Source: Desulfatiglandales bacterium (lineage in GTDB: Bacteria; Desulfobacterota; DSM-4660; Desulfatiglandales; Desulfatiglandaceae). From it: a stretch of 64,000 bases of DNA. Below, piece after piece: positions 41,659 to 53,413 of the stretch. A program made the translations under genes and the position numbers. The notes under the pieces were generated by a model. The model saw only the letters and a program-made list of their open reading frames with translations. It did not search any database and was not told the DNA's origin. Numbering within the stretch: the stretch's first letter is position 1; each line of letters begins with the position of its first letter. The DNA is taken from assembly GCA_963666345.1 (NCBI GenBank), contig OY762721.1:3264001-3328000 (forward strand), in the 5' to 3' direction.

Positions 41659-43359
41659 TCAGGAGACCGTTATGGAAAGAGGGATGGATATAGTTACCTC
41701 TGCTCCCCCGTGGGGGTGATTTTCACCCCACACCTTTCCTTGCAGGCCTTCAACTATTCTTTTTACGGTGGCAAGCCCCAAACCGGAGCCTCCCTCCTTT
41801 GTGGTAAAAAAAGGTATGAATAGTTGTGAAAGGGCCTTTTTGTCAAATCCTTTTCCTGTATCACGGACCACTATCTTTACCCTTTTTCCCGAGTGATCCG
41901 GATCGTCTTCTTTCAGGCCCGTTGCCACGTAAAGCATGCCGCCGTCCGGCATGGCCTCATTGGCATTTAAAAAGAGGTTCCATAGGACCTGCTTGATCTG
42001 TTCCGGGTCTGACTCGATCTCAAGCGGTTCATGAAAATCTGTTTTTATTTCAATTAATTCCATGCACTGCTGGCTGTTTTTAAACAGTTCGAGCGATTCT
42101 GTTATAATATCGTTGATCTCAAAGAATGTCAGAGTCGGCTTTCTGGGTCTTGCAAAACGGAGGAAGTCATTTATCAGATGGTTCAAGCGGTTGGTTTCTC
42201 GAATTATTATGTCCATAAGCCTGGCATTTACGTCATTTTTTTCAAGATCATCCCTGAGCATCTGGATTGAACCGCTTATGGAGGCCATCGGATTTCTTAT
42301 CTCATGAGCTATGCCCGCTGCAAGTTCACCCACGAGTGCCAGTCCCTCGACCCGCTTGATCTCTTCCTGTATCCTCTTCAGCTCGGTGACGTCCTGGAAG
42401 ATCATAATATGCCCGTGCCTGTCTCCGAACGGAAACCTCAGGGGTGAGACGGATGCCTGCAGATGGATCAGTTTTTCATCAGGTTTCTCATAAGAAAGAT
42501 CGGTAAAGGGAGAAAAGTTCTTTATCTTTTTCAGAAGGTCGTTTTTTGTTGGATTACCGGAGTCGTCCAGAAATCGGAGGACCTCATAAAACTTTTTGCC
42601 CATTGAAATAACGGAAGATGTCCCGAAAATGCCCTCTGCGGCAGGATTAAAGAGAATTATCCTGTCATTTTCATCTATCACCAGAAGTGCGGAGTTAATG
42701 CTGCTTATGATGTTCTCGTTGAGTATCTCAAGCTTATCCAGGTCTTTCTGTTTGGCCTTCAATTCCACCCGGCTCTTTCGGGTCTGTTCCGAGAGGTAGC
42801 TGGTCAGATAAGCGACAAGGTAAAAGGCCGCGATATTGACCAGTATCATGAAGAACAGCGGCAGATCCTGATATTGAGGGGAATATGTGGCCTTGGCTCC
42901 AAGAGGGTGGAGTATCCCGTAGTAATGCAGATCAAGCAGCAGCCCGTAAAGTATGCTGCTGCTTGATGCGACCAGGTACCCGCCTTTGCGGTAAAGTATA
43001 ATGCTCGCGTTTATGATCGTCAGTATATAGAGAAAGGAAAATATGCTCTCTATTCCACCTGTTGTATAAATGATGGCGGTGATTATGAAGGTGTCTATGA
43101 GCAGTTGCAGATAGGCCAGGCGGTAGCGGTTTTCAGGATTTTTAAACAGGATGACATAGATGAAGGTAAGAAAATAGATGCCGGCTATCAGGATATAGTG
43201 CGAGTTCTGTATATATGCGAAATAGGCCTGGGTTTCCCTGATCTGGATGAAAACCGATGCGCCCAGAAGCAGGGAGACAAATATCACCCTCAAAAGCATA
43301 AGGGACTGAAGGCGATCCGAGAGTTCGGTTCGAGGTATGGTTTGTCCAGGATTAGGCAT
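41659..43359 (-). CDS. pilS: PilS-type PAS sensor histidine kinase
   Basis: Six TM segments with TGGIESIFSFLY, AHEIRNP, FFTTKEGGSGLGL; follows pilC. Confidence 0.85.
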   Translation of the reverse strand: MPNPGQTIPRTELSDRLQSLMLLRVIFVSLLLGASVFIQIRETQAYFAYIQNSHYILIAGIYFLTFIYVILFKNPENRYRLAYLQLLIDTFIITAIIYTTGGIESIFSFLYILTIINASIILYRKGGYLVASSSSILYGLLLDLHYYGILHPLGAKATYSPQYQDLPLFFMILVNIAAFYLVAYLTSYLSEQTRKSRVELKAKQKDLDKLEILNENIISSINSALLVIDENDRIILFNPAAEGIFGTSSVISMGKKFYEVLRFLDDSGNPTKNDLLKKIKNFSPFTDLSYEKPDEKLIHLQASVSPLRFPFGDRHGHIMIFQDVTELKRIQEEIKRVEGLALVGELAAGIAHEIRNPMASISGSIQMLRDDLEKNDVNARLMDIIIRETNRLNHLINDFLRFARPRKPTLTFFEINDIITESLELFKNSQQCMELIEIKTDFHEPLEIESDPEQIKQVLWNLFLNANEAMPDGGMLYVATGLKEDDPDHSGKRVKIVVRDTGKGFDKKALSQLFIPFFTTKEGGSGLGLATVKRIVEGLQGKVWGENHPHGGAEVTISIPLSITVS

Positions 43360-43369
43360 GCCGGAAAGA

Positions 43370-44578
43370 TTATCCTATTGCAGACGCAAGCTTGAATATC
43401 GGCAGGTACATGGCAACGACCAGCCCGCCTATGGTGCCGCCGAGAAATACCATCAGAATCGGTTCCAACATCGAAGTCATGGCGTCCACCGCGGTATCCA
43501 CTTCAGCATCATAGAATTCGGCTATCTTCTCCAGCATCGTATCCAGTGCCCCGGTGGCCTCCCCGACCGCTATCATCTGGACTACCATGCTGGGGAAGAT
43601 ATCGTTTTCCGAAAGAGGATCCGCAATGGTCTGGCCTTCGGCTATACTGCTTCGGACCTCCAGGATTACCTCTTCCAATATGACATTGCCCGATGTCCTG
43701 GCCACTATGTCGAGCGCATCCAGGATAGGAACCCCGCTGCTTATCATCGTTCCAAGGGTCCTGGTAAATCTTGCCACCGCGACCTTTTTCAAAAGCGACC
43801 CGAATACGGGCAGTTTCAGGGCAATGGAATCAGTTCGTTTTCTTCCTGATTTGGACCCCCTGTATTTTTTGAACAGAAAGCCTGCTGCAATAAGACCACC
43901 CAGCATGTAGTGGATATTACCCTTGATAAAGCGGCTCATGTTGACCACGATCTGGGTAGGTGTGGGCAGGGCGGAGCCGAAATCCGCAAAGAGATCCTCG
44001 AACACCGGAATGACAAATATGAGTATTATCGCAACAACTATAACAGCGACGCATAAGACCACTATCGGATAGGTCATGGCACCCTTTATCTGGGATTTAA
44101 GCCTTTCCGCTTTTTCTATATATGCTGCCAGTCTCTGCAGAATCGTGTCGAGTATCCCGCCTACCTCCCCGGCTGCCACGAGATTAACGAACAGGTCGTC
44201 AAACTGCTTGGGATGCTTCCTGAGTGCCTCGGCAAGACTGGAACCGCCTTCAACGTCTTTTACCACCTTCTTCAGGATCACTTGAAACGTCTTGTTTTCT
44301 GTCTGATCGGCAAGGATAGTCAATCCCTGGATGAGGGGAAGTCCTGCATCTATCATGGTTGAAAATTGTCTGGTGAAGATAACGATATCCTTGTTCGTTA
44401 CCTTTGGTTGCAGAAAGGAGATGCTTTCAAAGAGGTCTTTGGGTTTCAGCTTTATCTTCTTTACCGTGAGATTCCTTCTTCTCAGCTGGGCCCTTACTAT
44501 CTTTTCATCGGCTACGTCGAACTCTCCCTTGAGGGTTTTGCCCTTCCTTGTTTCGGCAACCCATTTGTAGACAGGCAT
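43370..44578 (-). CDS. pilC: Type IV pilus platform protein (T2SSF family)
   Basis: FTRQFSTMIDAGLP, AGEVGGILD, MIAVGEATGALD, AMYLPIF. Confidence 0.93.
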   Translation of the reverse strand: MPVYKWVAETRKGKTLKGEFDVADEKIVRAQLRRRNLTVKKIKLKPKDLFESISFLQPKVTNKDIVIFTRQFSTMIDAGLPLIQGLTILADQTENKTFQVILKKVVKDVEGGSSLAEALRKHPKQFDDLFVNLVAAGEVGGILDTILQRLAAYIEKAERLKSQIKGAMTYPIVVLCVAVIVVAIILIFVIPVFEDLFADFGSALPTPTQIVVNMSRFIKGNIHYMLGGLIAAGFLFKKYRGSKSGRKRTDSIALKLPVFGSLLKKVAVARFTRTLGTMISSGVPILDALDIVARTSGNVILEEVILEVRSSIAEGQTIADPLSENDIFPSMVVQMIAVGEATGALDTMLEKIAEFYDAEVDTAVDAMTSMLEPILMVFLGGTIGGLVVAMYLPIFKLASAIG

Positions 44579-45170
44579 CGCGGTCCTCCCTGAACCCCTT
44601 TAGGGCCAAAAAAGGTGTGCACTCTAAATAGGTGCTTCATATAAAAGACCAAGATCGATAAATTAATTATGAAGATTAAAAAATGTGGTACTTTATGTCA
44701 AGAAAACCGTATGAATTCATGCCCGGCAGGGCTCATTCGAACATGCCCTATGCGGCTTCGTGCCGTAAGCAAGCGACCGGAGGCTTTCAGCAGAACCGAT
44801 TAAGAAACAGATTATTAAGCAGAAAGCCGAATGCCGACGGCCGGGTGACCCATCCGGAAAGCATCGATTTAGTGAAAGACACTCACTGGAAATCGTGAAC
44901 TTAAAAAAGGGAATCTTTTCAGCAATGTCTTGCAATACCACGATCTTGAGGATATGGATTCCTTGCCCGTCTCATATTTCATGAACAGTAACAGGGCATA
45001 TTATCCTTGACAATGGGTGCCTTTTGAATGCTATATATTCCGTCATAAATATCCTTAAAATCGGAATTGTTAGATCGCTCCTAATAAATTTAGTAAGTTT
45101 TGGATTAGTGGGCCGTTTTGATTATTTAGCGGGATTATGCTTCAAACTTTAAATAAAGGAGGTATCTGCA

Positions 45171-45383
45171 GTGGGTAATATTAATGCTCCTATGGCCGGC
45201 AAGGTTATTGACGTAAAGGTGAAACCTGGTGATCAGGTAAGTGACGGAGACGAGGTGGTGATCATAGAGGCGATGAAAATGGAAATTCCGGTGGTCGCAT
45301 ATGAATCCGGTACTGTCAAGGAGGTAAAATGCAACAACGGTGATGCCGTGGAGGCAGAGGGGGTACTGGTCACTCTTGAGTGA
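45171..45383 (+). CDS. Biotin carboxyl carrier protein
   Basis: APMAGKV, EAMKME biotinylation motif; AGGAGG RBS. Confidence 0.9.
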   Translation: MGNINAPMAGKVIDVKVKPGDQVSDGDEVVIIEAMKMEIPVVAYESGTVKEVKCNNGDAVEAEGVLVTLE

Positions 45384-45463
45384 GAAGATGAAATGCGGCA
45401 AAGCCTTTTCATGACCCCTATCGGTTAGTTTAGTTTCTTGGCCCCAAGCTTGGAGATCCCCAT

Positions 45464-47014
45464 ATGGACATAGACAAAAAAATTGCCGAACTTGAGAGAA
45501 GAAACCTGGAAGCAGAGCTTGGCGGAGGTCAGACACGGATCGACCAGCAACATGCCAAGGGCAAGTTGACTGCCAGGGAAAGGATCGCCTGTCTGCTTGA
45601 CAAAGACAGTTTCCAGGAAATCGACCGGTTCGTTGTCCACCAATGCCATGATTTCGGGATGGAAAAAAAGAAAATAGCCGGCGACGGAGTAGTCACCGGC
45701 TATGGAACCCTGGACGGAAGGCTGGTTTTTGTCTTTTCTCAGGATTTTACGGTCCTTGGGGGATCTCTGAGTGGGGCTTTCGGGCGGAAGGTGTGCAAGA
45801 TAATGGATCTCGCGCTTAAAAACAGCGCTCCCATAATAGGTCTTAACGATTCAGGTGGGGCAAGGATTCAGGAGGGCGTGGAGAGTCTGGGCAGTTATGG
45901 GGAGATATTTAAGAGAAACGTCTGGGCCTCAGGTGTCATACCCCAGATATCGGTGATCATGGGTCCATGCGCGGGCGGTGCGGTATATTCCCCGGCACTC
46001 ACCGATTTCACCATTATGGTGAAAAAGACGAGCAACATGTTTATTACCGGTCCCCAGGTAATAAAGGCGGTCACGGCCGAGGAGGTTACTTCCGAAGAGT
46101 TGGGCGGGGCCATGACCCATAACAGGAAAAGCGGTGTGGCCCATTTCGCGGCCGAATCTGATGAACTGGCATTGGAAAGGGTGAAGCAGATCCTCAGTTA
46201 TTTGCCGCAGAATTTCAGAGAAAAACCGCCATGGCAGGAGTGTTCCGATGATCCGGAACGAACGGATAAATCACTCAACAAGATAGTACCGACAAATCCC
46301 AGAATACCTTACGATATGAGGGGTATCATAACCAGGGTGCTGGATAACGGTGAGTTTCTGGAGATCCAGAGACGATACGCCACAAACATGGTGGTAGGAT
46401 TCGGTCGTTTAAACGGTTATGTCGTGGGGATAGTGGCTAATCAGCCAAAGTCGCTTGCAGGTTGCCTGGATATAAACGCCTCCATGAAATGTTCCAGATT
46501 TGTTCGCACATGCGATGCCTTTAATATCCCGCTCATTACATTCGTTGATGTCCCGGGGTTTTTGCCCGGAGTGAACCAGGAATTCGGCGGAATCATAAAG
46601 CATGGGGCAAAGATCATTTATGCCTATTGCGAGGCCACCGTACCCAAGATAACCGTTGTCACGCGCAAGGCATACGGTGGGGCCTATGATGTCATGTCGA
46701 GCAAACATCACGGCGGGGATATAAATTATGCCTATCCCACGGCTGAAATCGCCGTTATGGGTCCTGAGGGTGCCGTAAATATAGTATTCCGAAAGGAAAT
46801 AGAGGAATCTGACGACCCTGAGTCCACGAGAGAGAGACTGGTGGAGGAATACAGGAATAATTTCGCCAGCCCGTTTAAGGCGGCGGAACTGGGTTATATC
46901 GATAATATAATATTTCCCGAAAATACCCGGCCAAGACTTATCAAGGCACTCATGATGCTTAAAAACAAGAAAGATACAATACCTGAGAGAAGGCATGGCA
47001 ATATTCCGCTTTAG
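45464..47014 (+). CDS. Acyl-CoA carboxyltransferase (propionyl-CoA carboxylase beta / methylmalonyl-CoA decarboxylase alpha family)
   Basis: [46 protein letters not shown]. Confidence 0.92.
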   Translation: MDIDKKIAELERRNLEAELGGGQTRIDQQHAKGKLTARERIACLLDKDSFQEIDRFVVHQCHDFGMEKKKIAGDGVVTGYGTLDGRLVFVFSQDFTVLGGSLSGAFGRKVCKIMDLALKNSAPIIGLNDSGGARIQEGVESLGSYGEIFKRNVWASGVIPQISVIMGPCAGGAVYSPALTDFTIMVKKTSNMFITGPQVIKAVTAEEVTSEELGGAMTHNRKSGVAHFAAESDELALERVKQILSYLPQNFREKPPWQECSDDPERTDKSLNKIVPTNPRIPYDMRGIITRVLDNGEFLEIQRRYATNMVVGFGRLNGYVVGIVANQPKSLAGCLDINASMKCSRFVRTCDAFNIPLITFVDVPGFLPGVNQEFGGIIKHGAKIIYAYCEATVPKITVVTRKAYGGAYDVMSSKHHGGDINYAYPTAEIAVMGPEGAVNIVFRKEIEESDDPESTRERLVEEYRNNFASPFKAAELGYIDNIIFPENTRPRLIKALMMLKNKKDTIPERRHGNIPL

Positions 47015-47097
47015 GCCCGATTCTTTCTCATCCTCTTCTCTGTCCCCTGACATGGAAACTGACTCGGGCAACGGGGCACTCCGGATAATCGCATAAC

Positions 47098-47125
47098 AGG
47101 GCGGAAAGGCAGCTGCCCTTTTTGT
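47098..47125 (+). terminator. Rho-independent terminator
   Basis: agggcgg / ctgccct stem followed by a T run. Confidence 0.55.
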
Positions 47126-47289
47126 ATTCAAGATAATATCCCGCAGACTACTGGCGGGTACCTTTCCCTATTTATCAATCGAATTTACTCCTGTCTGTTT
47201 TTCAACCTCTGTTATTACCGAGCTGAACAGTAGAGTTTGAGAAAGAGACCGGATGACAAACTTTTAAGCACAATTCCTGGAGGGAAGAT

Positions 47290-48975
47290 ATGTCTGATCC
47301 AAGAAGGATCGAGGGCCTGTCCAATTCGATTGGGAGTTGGACAGAAGAGGTGGAAAAGAAAATCAAAAAACATCCGGAGCGAAAGGATTCCTTTGCAAAC
47401 ACATCTGGTATCCCGGTTAACAGGCTTTATTCACCTTTGGATTGCCGGGACATGGATTATCTGGAAGATATCGGCCTTCCGGGTGAATTCCCGTTTACCC
47501 GCGGTGTACAGCCCACCATGTACAGGGGAAGACTCTGGACCATGCGGCAGTATGCCGGCTTCGCATCCGCCGCCGAATCCAACAGGCGTTATAAATATCT
47601 CCTGGACCAGGGACAGACCGGGCTGTCGGTCGCCTTTGATCTGCCGACCCAGATAGGTTACGACTCCGACCATGACATAGCCGTTGGAGAGGTCGGCAAG
47701 GTCGGGGTCGCCATTGATTCCCTTGAGGATATGGAGACCCTTTTCGATGGTATTCCTCTTGACAAGGTAAGCACATCCATGACCATCAACGCACCTGCCG
47801 CCATACTTCTGGCCATGTACATGGCGGTGGCTGAAAAGCAGGGGGTGTCAACAGAAAAACTGAGAGGAACGATTCAAAACGACATCCTGAAGGAATATTC
47901 ATCAAGAGGCACCTACATATTCCCTCCCAAACCGTCCATGAGGATAATCACGGACTCATTTTCCTTTTGTGAAAAAAACGTCCCATTGTGGAACACGATA
48001 AGCATCAGCGGCTATCATATGAGAGAGGCGGGCTGCACAGCCGTTCAGGAAGTAGCCTTTACCATGGCCAACGGCATAGCCTATGTGCAGGCCGCGCTTG
48101 ACGCAGGTCTTGATGTGGACGCGTTCGGCCCCAGGCTGGCGTTTTTCTTCTGCTGTCATCTCGATTTTTTTGAAGAGGTCGCAAAATTCAGGGCCGCCAG
48201 GCGTCTGTGGGCCGGAATAATGAAGAAGAGATTCGGCGCGGAAAACCCGAGATCGATGATGATCAGGTTCCACACCCAGACTGCTGGATGCACCCTGACA
48301 GCGCAGCAGCCGAAAAACAACATAATGCGGGTGGCCTTTCAGGCACTGGCGGCGGTGCTGGGAGGAACCCAGAGCCTTCATACAAATTCGATGGACGAGG
48401 CATTGTGCCTTCCCACAGAGGAATCTGTGCAGATAGCCCTTCGCACCCAGCAGGTAATCGCCTATGAGCTTGGAGTAACCGATACCGTGGATCCCATGGC
48501 CGGCTCATATTACCTGGAAAGGCTGACCGACGAGATCTATGAAAGGTCTGTGGAGTATATCGAAAGGATAGACAAGATGGGCGGGGCCGTGGCCGCCATT
48601 GAAAAGGGGTATATCCAGAAGGAGATCCAGGACAGCGCCTTCAAGTACCAGAGGGAGATAGAGGAGGAAAAAAGGATAGTGGTGGGTCTCAACAAGTATA
48701 AGGGGGAGGCGGTCAGCAGCGCGGAGATCCTGCGGGTAGACCCGGCCGTGCGCGTGGCCCAGGTGGATAAATTGAAGAGACTCAGAGAGAAAAGAGACAA
48801 CAGAAAGGTCGAGCAGGCCCTTCTGGATCTGAAAAAGGGAGGGGAGGGCCGGGATGAAAACCTGGTGCCGCTCATGCTTGACGCGGTAAAGGCATATGCA
48901 ACCCTAGGGGAGATATGCGATGTCTTAAGAGGGGTTTTCGGTGAATATAGGCCCTCAGGGACATTCGGGGGCTGA
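47290..48975 (+). CDS. Methylmalonyl-CoA mutase, large subunit
   Basis: WTMRQYAGF (Tyr specificity residue), [31 protein letters not shown]. Confidence 0.92.
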   Translation: MSDPRRIEGLSNSIGSWTEEVEKKIKKHPERKDSFANTSGIPVNRLYSPLDCRDMDYLEDIGLPGEFPFTRGVQPTMYRGRLWTMRQYAGFASAAESNRRYKYLLDQGQTGLSVAFDLPTQIGYDSDHDIAVGEVGKVGVAIDSLEDMETLFDGIPLDKVSTSMTINAPAAILLAMYMAVAEKQGVSTEKLRGTIQNDILKEYSSRGTYIFPPKPSMRIITDSFSFCEKNVPLWNTISISGYHMREAGCTAVQEVAFTMANGIAYVQAALDAGLDVDAFGPRLAFFFCCHLDFFEEVAKFRAARRLWAGIMKKRFGAENPRSMMIRFHTQTAGCTLTAQQPKNNIMRVAFQALAAVLGGTQSLHTNSMDEALCLPTEESVQIALRTQQVIAYELGVTDTVDPMAGSYYLERLTDEIYERSVEYIERIDKMGGAVAAIEKGYIQKEIQDSAFKYQREIEEEKRIVVGLNKYKGEAVSSAEILRVDPAVRVAQVDKLKRLREKRDNRKVEQALLDLKKGGEGRDENLVPLMLDAVKAYATLGEICDVLRGVFGEYRPSGTFGG

Positions 48976-49018
48976 TAGCCATTGAGGCAGGCAAACGGCA
49001 GCAAAGGGAGATATTCTT

Positions 49019-49420
49019 ATGAATAAGGAAAGAAGGATCAGGGTACTGGCGGCAAAACCGGGGCTTGACGGCCATGACAGGGGAATAAAAGTCGTAATCA
49101 GCGCCTTGATGGATGTGGGAATGGAGGTCATCTATGCCGGTTTGAGACAGACACCCGCCCAGATCGTGGAAGCCGCCATTCAGGAAGACGCCGACGTCAT
49201 CGCCCTGAGCAGCCTTTCAGGTGCGCATGATTATCTCTTCCCAAAGGTGATGGAGATGTTGAGAGAAAGACAATGTGATGATATCCTCGTTATCGGCGGA
49301 GGGATAATACCTGAAGCGGATATCCCCGAGATGAAAGAGGCGGGTGTGGCCGAGATATTCGGGCCGGGAACGGACACGAGAGATATTATCTCCTTTATCC
49401 GGGAAAGAGTCAAAAAATAG
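49019..49420 (+). CDS. Mutase cobalamin-binding subunit
   Basis: [10 protein letters not shown]...SSLSGAH...GGGIIP. Confidence 0.93.
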   Translation: MNKERRIRVLAAKPGLDGHDRGIKVVISALMDVGMEVIYAGLRQTPAQIVEAAIQEDADVIALSSLSGAHDYLFPKVMEMLRERQCDDILVIGGGIIPEADIPEMKEAGVAEIFGPGTDTRDIISFIRERVKK

Positions 49421-49459
49421 TAACAGTCTGGTTTTATCAGAAAAGGAGTATTGCCGATT

Positions 49460-49927
49460 ATGCCTGGAAAATATTTTGAAGATCTCAGATTGGGTATGAA
49501 AATCAGACATATAAACGGACGTACCGTGACCGAGATGGACAATGTGCTCTTTTCATCCCTCACCATGAATACCCAGCCGTTGCATGTGAACCGGGACTTC
49601 TGCCGGAAGAATTCCCGGTTCGGCAGACGCCTTGTAAACGGGGTGTTTATCCTTGGACTGATCGTGGGCATTTCCGTGCCGGAGATGACCGAGGGAACCA
49701 TCGTGGCAAACCTGGGTTATGACAAGGTTCGTCACCTGAAGCCGGTTTTCCACGGGGATACGATCTACGCCGAAACCGAGGTGGTCAGCTTACGTGATTC
49801 CTCCTCAAATCCCGAAGCGGGCATCGCGACCTTTCGCCATCTGGGTCTAAACCAGGAAGGTACGGAGGTGATCAGTTTTGAAAGGACCGTAATGGTGATG
49901 AAACGGAAAGAAGTTAAAGGGGCGTGA
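49460..49927 (+). CDS. MaoC family dehydratase
   Basis: YFEDL, RTVTEMDNVLF, NTQPLH, PVFHGDTI. Confidence 0.88.
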   Translation: MPGKYFEDLRLGMKIRHINGRTVTEMDNVLFSSLTMNTQPLHVNRDFCRKNSRFGRRLVNGVFILGLIVGISVPEMTEGTIVANLGYDKVRHLKPVFHGDTIYAETEVVSLRDSSSNPEAGIATFRHLGLNQEGTEVISFERTVMVMKRKEVKGA

Positions 49928-49964
49928 AAGGGGTAATACAGCGCTGCCCTTTGGATGGGATATC

Positions 49965-51263
49965 CTACTTCGTCCGACCAAGGGTTTCCCTGAGAAAAAG
50001 CGCGACAATAAGGGAGATGACAGCTCCGGTCAAACAGACGAGAAACATCTCCCGATATCCTGAAAGGGCATATCCGGAGCCATTCAGGCCGTTTCTGCTC
50101 AGGATGGCTCCGATAAATACCTGGAAAAAGGCGCCTCCGAAAAATGGAAACAGGTTCACAGCTCCAACCGAAGTGCCCGCTATATCAATCGGAAACAGTT
50201 CTTTTGAAACTGCCGCTATCACCGGGCCGGGAGCCGCCCCTGCAAGGCAGAAACAGAAGAACAGGATATAGAGATGCGCAGGTGAAAGCCGGTCGGTATA
50301 GGCATACAGGATCGCAAATACCGCCGTAAGCATAATGCTGCAACCTATAATGACCGGTTTTCTTCCCGCCCGATTGGCGATCCAGCTGAGTAACGGGCCT
50401 CCGATGATCAATGCCAGGGCGAACATTGAAAGCACGCCGCCTGCGGCGGCCTTGCTCATTCCGTATACCTGCATCAGAAAAGGTCCCCCCCAGAGACCTC
50501 CCAGGGAAAAGGCGATACCGGTGGCAAAAAAAGGCCAGAGTGATATGGGCCAGAAACGGGCCGCCAGAACCACCTGCCTCAGACCGTCGATAAGACCGAT
50601 TTTATCGTTTGATTTTTCGCACTGAGGTTGAACCGGAGGGGGAAACCCCATGTCCGAGGGCCGATTCCTTACAAAGGCATAGACGAGCAGGGCCATGATC
50701 AGACTGAACAGCCCCACGGTCACAAGTGTCATGCGCCATCCGATAAGGTCGCTTATCCAGGCAAGCGGGGCGCTTGCGCTCAGGGCACCCAGCCCGCCCA
50801 TGGCCATGAAGATGCCTCCCATGATCACGAAGCGTCTCGGCGTGAACCATTCGGCAAGAAGCTTGAAATTTGAGACAAACACGGTGGATACCCCTACACC
50901 TACTAGTGTCCTGCCGATCATGGCAATGGCCACATTGGAGGCCATGCCCATGATTATGGATCCGAGGGCGGCAAGCACGAAGAATGCCGACACGGTCTTG
51001 CGCGGGCCCCAGGAATCGACCATGAGGCCTGTGGGAAGCTGCATTATTGCGTAGGCGTAAAAGTAAGTGGAACCCAGGAGACCGAGAAGTGCCCCGCCGA
51101 CTCCGAAGTCCGCCTGCATTTCCAGGGCGATGACCGCCGGACAGAGCCTGTGAAAGAAGACAAGGACGTAACTGGCGAAGATCAAAAGGCAGATGAGATA
51201 ACGATACTTTTCGGCGCTTATAGGATTTCGGGCGGCGCTGCGGCCGGGGTTATGTTTGCTCAT
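49965..51263 (-). CDS. MFS transporter
   Basis: About 12 TM segments, GLMVDSWGPRK motif A. Confidence 0.88.
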   Translation of the reverse strand: MSKHNPGRSAARNPISAEKYRYLICLLIFASYVLVFFHRLCPAVIALEMQADFGVGGALLGLLGSTYFYAYAIMQLPTGLMVDSWGPRKTVSAFFVLAALGSIIMGMASNVAIAMIGRTLVGVGVSTVFVSNFKLLAEWFTPRRFVIMGGIFMAMGGLGALSASAPLAWISDLIGWRMTLVTVGLFSLIMALLVYAFVRNRPSDMGFPPPVQPQCEKSNDKIGLIDGLRQVVLAARFWPISLWPFFATGIAFSLGGLWGGPFLMQVYGMSKAAAGGVLSMFALALIIGGPLLSWIANRAGRKPVIIGCSIMLTAVFAILYAYTDRLSPAHLYILFFCFCLAGAAPGPVIAAVSKELFPIDIAGTSVGAVNLFPFFGGAFFQVFIGAILSRNGLNGSGYALSGYREMFLVCLTGAVISLIVALFLRETLGRTK

Positions 51264-51451
51264 GTGTCTCAGTAGTCGCTCCTTGGCGCCTTGAATCCAA
51301 CATCTTGCCGGTGTCCGGGGCTAAGCCGAAATCCCGGGTAATGGTTAACCCTGAATTATGTGGTGGATTCCCGGTGAAAGTGCGTTGACAATGGTTTTTT
51401 GCCGGAATATTATTGATTCAGGATTAAACCACGAACCGATGGAGGCGTCAA

Positions 51452-51661
51452 ATGGAAGAAAAACAGCTTCTCATGATGAATGTGGTATCAAACATCCTTG
51501 CGGCGTATTACTCCAACAAGGTCAGCTTCTGTATCCTCAATCAGCGTGAGCCAAGCGATGCTGAAAAGGATGCCCTGCTGAAAAAATGTATCTCCATGTT
51601 CGAGAACCTCAGCACTAGCTATATGGATGATATCAGGGAGATCGCAGGCACCATCAAGTAG
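51452..51661 (+). CDS. Hypothetical protein
   Basis: GGAGG RBS, upstream TTGACA, isolated intergenic ORF. Confidence 0.55.
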   Translation: MEEKQLLMMNVVSNILAAYYSNKVSFCILNQREPSDAEKDALLKKCISMFENLSTSYMDDIREIAGTIK

Positions 51662-51751
51662 ATACCCGGAGCGTGCCCGAACTTGATCAGAACTGCAGGC
51701 TCCTCAGGGAACCGAAAGATTCCTTAAGGAGGCAATGCTTACTGTTGTCCT

Positions 51752-52111
51752 TTATCCCCTGTCAAGCATTTGAAGCCTTGCCAATGTCTTGTCCGCGACA
51801 GCCTTTTCCTTATTGAAATATTTTATTATCCTTTTGAGACATTTCCCTCTTTCGCTTTCATCGTTGAAATGCTCGGCACAGGAGTCCATGCAGTCTTTGG
51901 CCCAGGCTATGTTCGCCTCCACCTGCTCCGGTATCTTTTCGCTGTCATGCCTTACCGCATTTTCCGGGCATATGTCATGGCAATTACCGCAGCGAATGCA
52001 GTTAGCCATGTCTATTTGAGCCTTTTCATTTTTAATCGATATGGTTTCTGCGGGACATTCTTCAGCGCAGATACCACAACCTGTGCATCCATTTTCATCT
52101 ACCCACGGCAT
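51752..52111 (-). CDS. 2x[4Fe-4S] ferredoxin-domain protein
   Basis: CTGCGICAEECP, CIRCGNCHDICP. Confidence 0.88.
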   Translation of the reverse strand: MPWVDENGCTGCGICAEECPAETISIKNEKAQIDMANCIRCGNCHDICPENAVRHDSEKIPEQVEANIAWAKDCMDSCAEHFNDESERGKCLKRIIKYFNKEKAVADKTLARLQMLDRG

Positions 52112-52177
52112 CTTATAGTTCTCCTTGAAAAAGAGATTTAGAAGATTATTGATTTTCTTAAAGAGCCTGGAAAAATA

Positions 52178-53344
52178 TCAGTCAAATTTTTTCATAAACA
52201 TGTCTATAAGATCTTTTTTTGCCTCAAATCCGATTCCTGGTACCTCAGGCATTCTGATCAGGCCGTTGATGACGGGGGTGTCGTCCGCAAATCCGCCGAA
52301 CGGCTCAAAGACCTTTGGATAAGACTCGTTTCCGCCCAGGCCGAGTCCGGCTGCAATGTTGAGCGCGAATTGATGCCCCCCATGTGGTATGATATGACTC
52401 ACGGGCCAGTCGTGATCCCTGCACACTTCCAATATGCGCAGATACTCCACCAGGCCGTAGGAGAGCACGGGGTCCATCTGCAGGATGTCGCGGTCCGCTC
52501 TCATGCCGCCGTAGAGGAGAAGGTTTCGTGCGTCCTGGTGGGAAAAGAGATTTTCGCCTGTGGCCATGGGAGGCGCGTAGTGATTTCCCAATTCGGCCTG
52601 CAGGGCGTAATCCAGCGGGTCACCCGGTTCCTCATACCAGCGAAGCTTATACGGCTCCAGGGCCTCGGCGTATCTGACTGCGGTATCGAGATCGAAGCGG
52701 CCGTTGGCGTCTACGGCCAGAGATGAGCCTGAGCCGACAAGATCGAGGACCGCCTCAATGCGGCGCAAGTCCTCCTCAAGGCTTGCCCCCCCTATCTTCA
52801 TTTTTACAGTGTTGTAGCCGGCATCGAGATAGTTCCGCATCTCGGAGACCAGGGCTTTTACTCCCTTTCCAGGGTAGTAGTAACCACCTGCCGCGTAAAC
52901 GAACAACTCATCCTCTGCCGGCCCCTGATTGAACCGTTCGGCAAGAAGTCTGTATAGCGGTTTTTCTTCTATCTTGGAGACCGCGTCCCATACCGCCATG
53001 TCCACTACTCCAACCGCCACGGAGCGCTCGCCGTGCCCTCCCGGTTTCTCGTTTTTCATCATGACCCGCCATATTGCAAATGGATCCAGGTTGTCTCTTT
53101 GCGAATCCAGCAGATCTTCGGGATCGGCACCCATGATCCGCGGAATGATCCTTTCGCGCAGGAGACATCCCTGGGAATATCGGCCGTTTGAATTGAATCC
53201 GTATCCTGCTACCGGACGCCCTTCTCTTATGACGTCAGTATAAAGGGCGAGTATGGATACGGTCATGGAACTGAAGTCTATAAAGGCATTTTTGATCTCT
53301 GATGCGATAGAGATCGTCTTTTCCCTTATATCAACTATTTTCAT
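52178..53344 (-). CDS. tarD: Enolase-superfamily enzyme, D-tartrate dehydratase-like
   Basis: GFNSNGRY, KPGGHGERSVAV, KMKIG, DANGRF, ATGENLFS, PHGGH. Confidence 0.8.
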   Translation of the reverse strand: MKIVDIREKTISIASEIKNAFIDFSSMTVSILALYTDVIREGRPVAGYGFNSNGRYSQGCLLRERIIPRIMGADPEDLLDSQRDNLDPFAIWRVMMKNEKPGGHGERSVAVGVVDMAVWDAVSKIEEKPLYRLLAERFNQGPAEDELFVYAAGGYYYPGKGVKALVSEMRNYLDAGYNTVKMKIGGASLEEDLRRIEAVLDLVGSGSSLAVDANGRFDLDTAVRYAEALEPYKLRWYEEPGDPLDYALQAELGNHYAPPMATGENLFSHQDARNLLLYGGMRADRDILQMDPVLSYGLVEYLRILEVCRDHDWPVSHIIPHGGHQFALNIAAGLGLGGNESYPKVFEPFGGFADDTPVINGLIRMPEVPGIGFEAKKDLIDMFMKKFD

Positions 53345-53381
53345 CTTTGGTTCTTCTCCAACTTAGTTGTCGAAGAGGGTC

Positions 53382-53413
53382 CAAGGATTCAAGGATTCAA
53401 GGATTCGAGGGCT
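53382..53413. repeat. Octamer tandem repeat
   Basis: (caaggatt)x3 + cgagggct. Confidence 0.75.

Noticed and set aside
46409..47131. 240-aa minus-strand ORF
   Set aside because: It is an antisense shadow of the carboxyltransferase gene.
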